DNA of 64,000 nucleotides from Macrostomum lignano (Eukaryota): NCBI GenBank assembly GCA_002269645.1, contig NIVC01000409.1, positions 1 to 64,000 of the forward strand, read 5' to 3'. Shown piece by piece: positions 58,601 to 64,000 of this stretch (position 1 is its first letter; each line of letters starts with the position of its first letter). The notes under the pieces were generated by a model. It saw only the letters and a program-made list of their open reading frames with translations, ran no database searches and was not told where the DNA came from. The position numbers and the translations under genes were made by a program.

Positions 58601-61517
58601 GGCTACAACCCCCACAAGGCTACAAACCCCACTAGGCTACAACCCTCCACTAGGCTACAACCCCCCACTAGGCTACAACCATTTACTAGGCTACAACCCC
58701 TTACTAGGCTACAACCCCCTACTAGGCTACAGCCCGCTGACATCCTGAGCAACATACAAGCACGCCAATACATACTGTACGCTGGCACGCAGTCGTACAC
58801 ACGCTCACACAGAGTGTACATCGCATTACCCTGACTAGACCTAATCGCCAGGCATTTACAGACTCTCTGTGATCTGTGGCGCTCACCGATGAACTGACAA
58901 AACGAGTTTTTACCCCTAAGTTGCTCTGCCCACCCACAAGCAAACCATTAATTAATACTCACATGAACTGCCTGAAGCTGGCAGTGGTTGCACTTTAATG
59001 GTGACGTCTACTGGAATTGGACTGTCGCCCGGTTTCGGCGACAGCAGACGGAGTGTCAGCTGGCTGGCTAGCAGGGCTGAGCCTGCGCCAGGTTGGCCTG
59101 CGCGTGCGATTCGGGGAACTATTTATTATATGGGATTTTTTAGGTACAAAAAGGTTCGAAATGGAGACTCTATGGTTGGAAATGGGGACTCGATGGTTGG
59201 AAATGGGGACTCTATGGTTGGAAATGGGGACTCGATGGTTGGAAATGGGGAATCTATGGTTGGAAATGGGGACTCTATGGTTGGAAATGGGGACTCGATG
59301 GTTGGAAATGGGGACTCTATGGTTGGAAATGGGGATTCTATGCTTGGAAATGGGGACTCGATGGTTGGAAATGGGGACTCTATGGTTGGAAATGGGGACT
59401 CTATGGTTGAAAATGGGGACTCTATGGTTGGAAATGGGGACTCTATGGTTGGAAATGGGGACTCTATGGTTGAAAATGGGGACTCTATGGTTGGAAATGG
59501 GGACTCTATGGTTGGAAATGGGGACTCTATGGTTGAAAATGGGGACTCTATGGTTGGAAATGGGGACTCTATGGTTGGAAATGGGGACTCTATGGTTGGA
59601 AATGGGGACTCTATGGTTGGAAATGGGGACTCTATGGTTGGAAATGGGGACTCTATGGTTGGAAATGGAGACTCTATGGTTGGAAATGGAGACTCTATGG
59701 TTGGAAATGGGGACTCTATGGTTGGAAATGGGGACTCTATGGTTGGAAATGGGGACTCTATGGTTGGAAATGGGGACTCTATGGTTGGAAATGGGGACTC
59801 TATGCTTGGAAATGGGGACTCTATGCTTGGAAATGGGGACTCTATGGTTGGAAATGGGGACTCTATGGTTGGAAATGGGGACTCTATGGTTGGAAATGGG
59901 GACTCTATGCTTGGAAATGGGGACTCTATGGTTGGAAATGGGGACTCTATGGTTGGAAATGGGGATAGGGATTCTATGGTTTGAAATGGAAATGAAATTA
60001 AACAAATGAAACCAACAAACCTTTCAAAGCTTCAATATAGGGCCTGATCAGCGGTATATCGTCTGGGTGAACAATCGAACAAAATGAGGTTTTCATCAAA
60101 TCCTCAACAGAATAGTCAACATAGTTGCAGATATTGGGCGACACGTAGTATATATCGGCTGATTGAGTCACCACAATTAAAAATCCCTCGATTACCTGCA
60201 TAAGTAACACGTTTTAAGACATATTAATATCGTCAGCTGCTGTTTTAACAGTATAAAACACATTTATAACTAAAAAACACTCGATAACTTTTTAATCAGT
60301 AAAAAAACAATTGTTGTAGCATGGCTGCAAAAGGAATTAGCTTGTAACAGTTTGAACAGATCAAAACGACAGTAAAATAAATTATACTGACAATGTCCAC
60401 ACCAAAAAAAGTTGGCTTGCAGCAGTAGTAACTGACGCATAGCTAGAATATATGAATTTATGTGACCGGATCTTACATTAGCAAAAAGTATTTGCTTAGT
60501 ATGCTACTATCAGTACTAGAAAAACACTAATATTGGTTTGCTATGAAACTAATTTGATCTATTTTTAGTGGCTAAACTTCGGATCCACTCTGAATACGAG
60601 TACCACTTTGTTAGTGTGCACCTCCACCTCCCTTCACTGCACATCTCCACCTCCCTTCACTGCACATCTCCACCTCCCTTCACTGCACATCTCCACCTCC
60701 CTTCACTGCACATCTCCACCTTCCTTCACTGCACATCTCCACCTCCATTCACTGCACATCTCCACCTCCATTCACTGCACATCTCCACCTCCATTCACTG
60801 CACATTTCCACCTCCCTTCACTGCACATCTCCACCTCCCTTCACTGCACATCTCCACCTCCCTTCACTGCACATCTCCACCTCCCTTCACTGCACATCTC
60901 CACCTTCCTTCACTGCACATCTCCACCTCCATTCACTGCACATCTCCACCTCCATTCACTGCACATCTCCACCTCCATTCACTGCACATTTCCACCTCCC
61001 TTCACTGCACATCTCCACCTCCCTTCACTGCACATCTCCACCTCCATTCACTGCGCACGTTCACTTTGCGCAATGCTCTAATGAGTCAAACTATATTGAA
61101 AGGTTAAAGCATATTTTCAAAGCTTACATCGAGAATGAGTGAGCCCAATAGTTGAGCATGATTTAGCTGTGCAGATGAAGATCTACCAGCTGATAGTAAA
61201 TTAGTGGTTGATTGCGCAGCTGTTGAACTATGAGTAGCCAAATTTACTGATTCATTTAAAGCTGACACAGTTGCAGCAGCAGCACCAGCAGAAGTTTTCT
61301 CACCAGGCTCTTCTTCTTTGTTGCTAATATCTTTACGAATTTGAACGTTATTACGAACCGTTTCGGCTGTCTCGGCTTTAACAGATGCAATTTCACTACT
61401 ATCAGTAGGATATTCGGACTTGGACACAGTCAAAGCACTAGTTGCAGTACCGTCGCCGCAGTCGTCAGTTGAAGAAGCGACTGCAGCAGAATCCTCATCA
61501 TCAGCTTCAAGGGACAT
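44038..61517 (-). CDS. PAS-PAS, LxxLL-motif, Q-rich protein resembling p160/NCOA (SRC/Taiman) coactivators, ~1892 aa; exons 61517-61128, 60195-60021, 59118-58963, 57867-57270, 52733-52618, 51088-50956, 50506-49849, 48957-48355, 46887-44038; the 5' end may lie outside the window
   Basis: LLGSLILD|VIEGFLIVV..IYYVSPNICNYVDYSVEDLMKTSFCSIVHPDD (PAS-A, like NCOA LGPLLLQALDGFLFVV); QSSLVCL; PAS-B/PAC exon VYRCQV..FVKTRSKL..FLSTHCIVR|D; LMELLNGP, LANLLNGP, C-terminal LERLL. All 8 junctions are GT-AG and phase-consistent (5679 nt). The PAS protein call is firm; the subfamily is inference. Confidence 0.8.
47030..47860. repeat. 28-bp minisatellite (intron 46888-48354)
   Basis: Unit GGCTGGCCCAGCAACTGGGGATCTGGGA. 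Confidence 0.95.
49028..49730. repeat. (CTGT)n microsatellite (intron 48958-49848)
   Basis: Direct inspection. Confidence 0.97.
50530..50890. repeat. 43-bp GTCACTC-core minisatellite (intron 50507-50955)
   Basis: Unit CACTCCCCTCAGTCTCACTCTCCCACTGTCACTCTCAATTTGT. Confidence 0.9.
51480..52400. repeat. 38/31-bp pyrimidine-rich minisatellite (intron 51089-52617)
   Basis: Unit GAGTCTCTCTTCTCACGT(CTCACGT)CTCTCTCCTTCTC, decaying towards the right. Confidence 0.9.
54165..54680. repeat. 12-bp minisatellite
   Basis: Unit ATGAGTGAGTTC/ATGAGTGAGATC. Confidence 0.95.
55280..57178. repeat. 34/37-bp minisatellite
   Basis: Unit CTATTCTACCCCTCTATCTACTGTCT(GCT)ATTTCTTA. Confidence 0.97.
57912..58190 (-). 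mobile_element. tRNA-derived CORE-type (MIR-like) SINE
   Basis: On the minus strand: A box TGGCCTAGTGG (58185-58175), B box GGTTCGATTCC (58141-58131), then GTGTCCTTGAGCAAGACACTTAACTCTGCATTGCTTCAGTTCACCCAGCTGTAAAATGGG (58110-58051), which resembles the CORE/MIR central domain. The 3' boundary is approximate. Confidence 0.85.
58175..58735. repeat. 17-18-bp minisatellite continuous with the SINE 5' end
   Basis: Unit CCACTAGGCTACAACCCC; the first unit is the SINE A box itself. Confidence 0.95.
59160..59985. repeat. 21-bp minisatellite (intron 59119-60020)
   Basis: Unit GGTTGGAAATGGGGACTCTAT. Confidence 0.97.
60620..61053. repeat. 23-bp minisatellite (intron 60196-61127)
   Basis: Unit CTCCACCTCCCTTCACTGCACAT. 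Confidence 0.95.
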
Positions 61518-62719
61518 GGCTTACAGGCCAATTTGTGGAAGTTATAAAGAAGCCAAAAATGGCCTGATGATAAGTCTAAATTTCTCTCTGTTATCAATCA
61601 ATCAATTAATTAATTTGTTTATTAGCCTGAGTCAAGCTTGTGTAGCAATAATTGTAAAAATCAAAGCCTGTATCACATTTCTGACAGGCACAGTAAGGAT
61701 TCAGGTAGAGGGTGCTGGTAGTGGTCTTTTGAGTAGTATTTGACTGCGACAGAAATGATTTATTGGAGCCAATATACATTCATAATTTCAAGTGTATAAT
61801 ACTTAGATTTCAAAAGCATGATGATTACAAAAAATGATTTATTACTTACAATTTATAAACTATTTTCACATTGTATAAGTTTGTGCCAATAGTTTTCTTA
61901 AACTTCAATAAGTAAATGATATTAAATATATGTTAAATTTTACTGACATTCAATAGTGATATTCTCATAAAATAAAAGTATATTTTTAGGACAAAAAATA
62001 TTTAACTAAAAGCTTTATTTAATACTAGAATTGTTTTAATTGTATCTTTATCAAAAGTAAGGTTGATTAACTGTTCAAAAAGTATAAATAGCAATAGACA
62101 AAATAAAAACATTAAATTTTGTGTAAATTTAGATTTGTTAAATTTTTTATATAAAAATTGGCCTTGATAATTTTATTTTTGTTTCAAATTTGAGAAAACC
62201 CTAATTAAAAACTCATATATATAAACTACTAAAAAGACCATTATAATATGAGATGCTACAATTTTCTATATATCTAGGTATCTAATTAGGCTAAAACTTC
62301 TAGTTCTAGAAATCAACTATCAGCTATTTTTTATTACATTAAATATTTTTATAACATTGGAATCTGTTTCTTTAAAGATATCAACAATTAAAAATCATTA
62401 CACTATGGTAAATTAATATAATTTGATTTAAAGTTACTAGCTTCCAAGAATGCTATATTTTTGCAAATGAATTATCCTTCAAAATTGAAAGACAACTGTT
62501 ATTTGATCTTGACCTATGCTTAATATAGGTGGGAAGTTAGAAACTAAAGTTTCTAATATATACATGCCCAACTTCAAAATTTCACCCCTCTGATACAACT
62601 TAGTTTTGTCCAGATTTGCGGCTTAGTTCTTCCCTTTTGTGTTTGCAACCTAGTTCCTCTTGATTGCGAGTTAGTTTCCCTGATTGCAACTTAATTTTTA
62701 CTTTGTATGACTTTTCTTG

Positions 62720-62995
62720 CCCTTTTCTCTTTTTTCTCTGTCTCTTTCCTCTTTCCCCTCTCTTTTTTCTCTTTTTTTCTCTGTCTCTTTCCTCTTTCCC
62801 CTCTCTTTTTTCTCTTTTTTTTGCTGTCTCTTTCCTCTTTCCCCTCTCTTTTTTCTCTTTTTTTCTCTGTCTCTTTCCTCTTTCCCCTCTCTTTTTTCTC
62901 TTTTTTTCGCTGTCTCTTTCCTCTTTCCCCTCTCTTTTTTCTCTTTTTTTCTCTTCCTTTTCTCTTTCTCTTCTTTTTTTCTTTTCCCACTTTGT
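62720..62995. repeat. 43-44-bp pure-pyrimidine-rich repeat
   Basis: GTCTCTTTCCTCTTTCCCCTCTCTTTTTTCTC... at 62740, 62783 and onward. Confidence 0.9.
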
Positions 62996-64000
62996 TTTTT
63001 GCATTTTTGATTTTGCGACTTACTTTGGCTAAGTAGCCATTTCACCCATCTGGTTTGGATGGGTTGGATAGTTGTTGGGCATGTATGTTCTAGTATAAAT
63101 TTTGAGTGTATGTAGTATATATCCTAGATTATTATATAATTAAAATTATTTTGAAAAAGTTTTTATATAAGCTACTTTATTCATAGCAAAGACATGTATT
63201 TAGGTTGCAAAAAAGGAAGCATTTCCAAAACTTTGTTTATCTGTAGTCTCACAAAAATTTGAAAGGCAAAAAGCCATACTCTGGATCATGTTGGATGCAT
63301 GCCAGAATGAATACCAGGGAGTTTTTTTGTTTGCATGCATATTATACACCATGCTTGCCAACTACACACTGTGCACGCCATTGTCAATAATTAATAATAG
63401 GCATACAAGCAAAAGCAGAAAAATGTATACAAACATTGTTTCAAAAAATGTACATGAAAAATACAAAGCTTTAAAAAATTATAACAATAGGCATAAACAT
63501 TAAATTATATTACAAATAATTTTTGGCACAACAATATGTTTCTTTTTTCTAGTAAAAATAAGCAAGATAAAGTTGATTTGCAGGTATTTTCAAAAATTCA
63601 AAAAGACTGCCCTACTACAATCATACCATACTACATTTTATACTATCAAGCTATTCTATGGCATAGCATACCACTATGCCACAAACCCAAATGCACACTG
63701 ACATACATGCGCAACAGTCAGCTGAGTCAGTTGATTGATTTGGCGGCCAATCAAGGAAGTTGCAAAAATTCCTACCTGAAAAATACCAAGGTAGTAGTAC
63801 TAAGTATCTGATGAGGCATTTTGACTTAATAAGAAATTCATAGTTACTCCTGCCATTTACCCAAAGTTGCATTGATTTTGCTTTAGGGTTTTTTTACATG
63901 TAAGTCACATTTTTGGCCAAAAACTACATCACATTTTTGTTAAAACTAAGTTGCATGGCTGACCGAATGTTGGAGGTTGTGCATGTATGCACACTGATAT

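Noticed and set aside
58722-58943. Extra coactivator exon
   Set aside because: Exons 59118-58963 and 57867-57270 already join in phase, giving QSSLVCL; there is no PAS-like motif here.
62600-62720. Missing bHLH basic region of the coactivator
   Set aside because: The K/R richness comes from the pyrimidine repeat; there is no ExxRR or HLH pattern.

Overview
Eukaryotic (animal) genomic DNA with GT-AG introns. The minisatellite-filled introns, poly-Q/poly-A proteins and very short introns suggest a flatworm such as Macrostomum (inference only). The window has two very different parts. (1) About 1-19.5 kb is a compact island. It holds ankyrin genes, a 33-aa helical-repeat family and two paralogous unknown proteins (4337-5587 and 15583-16887) with a restriction-endonuclease-like E..DF..SxK signature and an HxCxC..C motif. 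These genes are arranged as two diverged copies of one module (ANK/repeat genes on -, divergent nuclease-like gene on +). The island also has a recurrent ACGCTCGTA motif, many frameshifts, two WSC-domain remnants and a LINE RT fragment. (2) About 21-62 kb holds three conserved minus-strand genes whose exons I could join in frame: pecanex (6 exons, ~2159 aa), tRNA dimethylallyltransferase TRIT1/MOD5 (4 exons, ~510 aa) and a PAS-PAS, LxxLL, Q-rich p160/NCOA/Taiman-like coactivator (9 exons, ~1892 aa). All 16 of their introns carry tandem repeats. One intron also holds a CORE-type tRNA-derived SINE whose A box has expanded into a minisatellite. Most long ORFs in the ORF track over repeats are artefacts. 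All homology calls are by-eye motif recognition; no searches were run.
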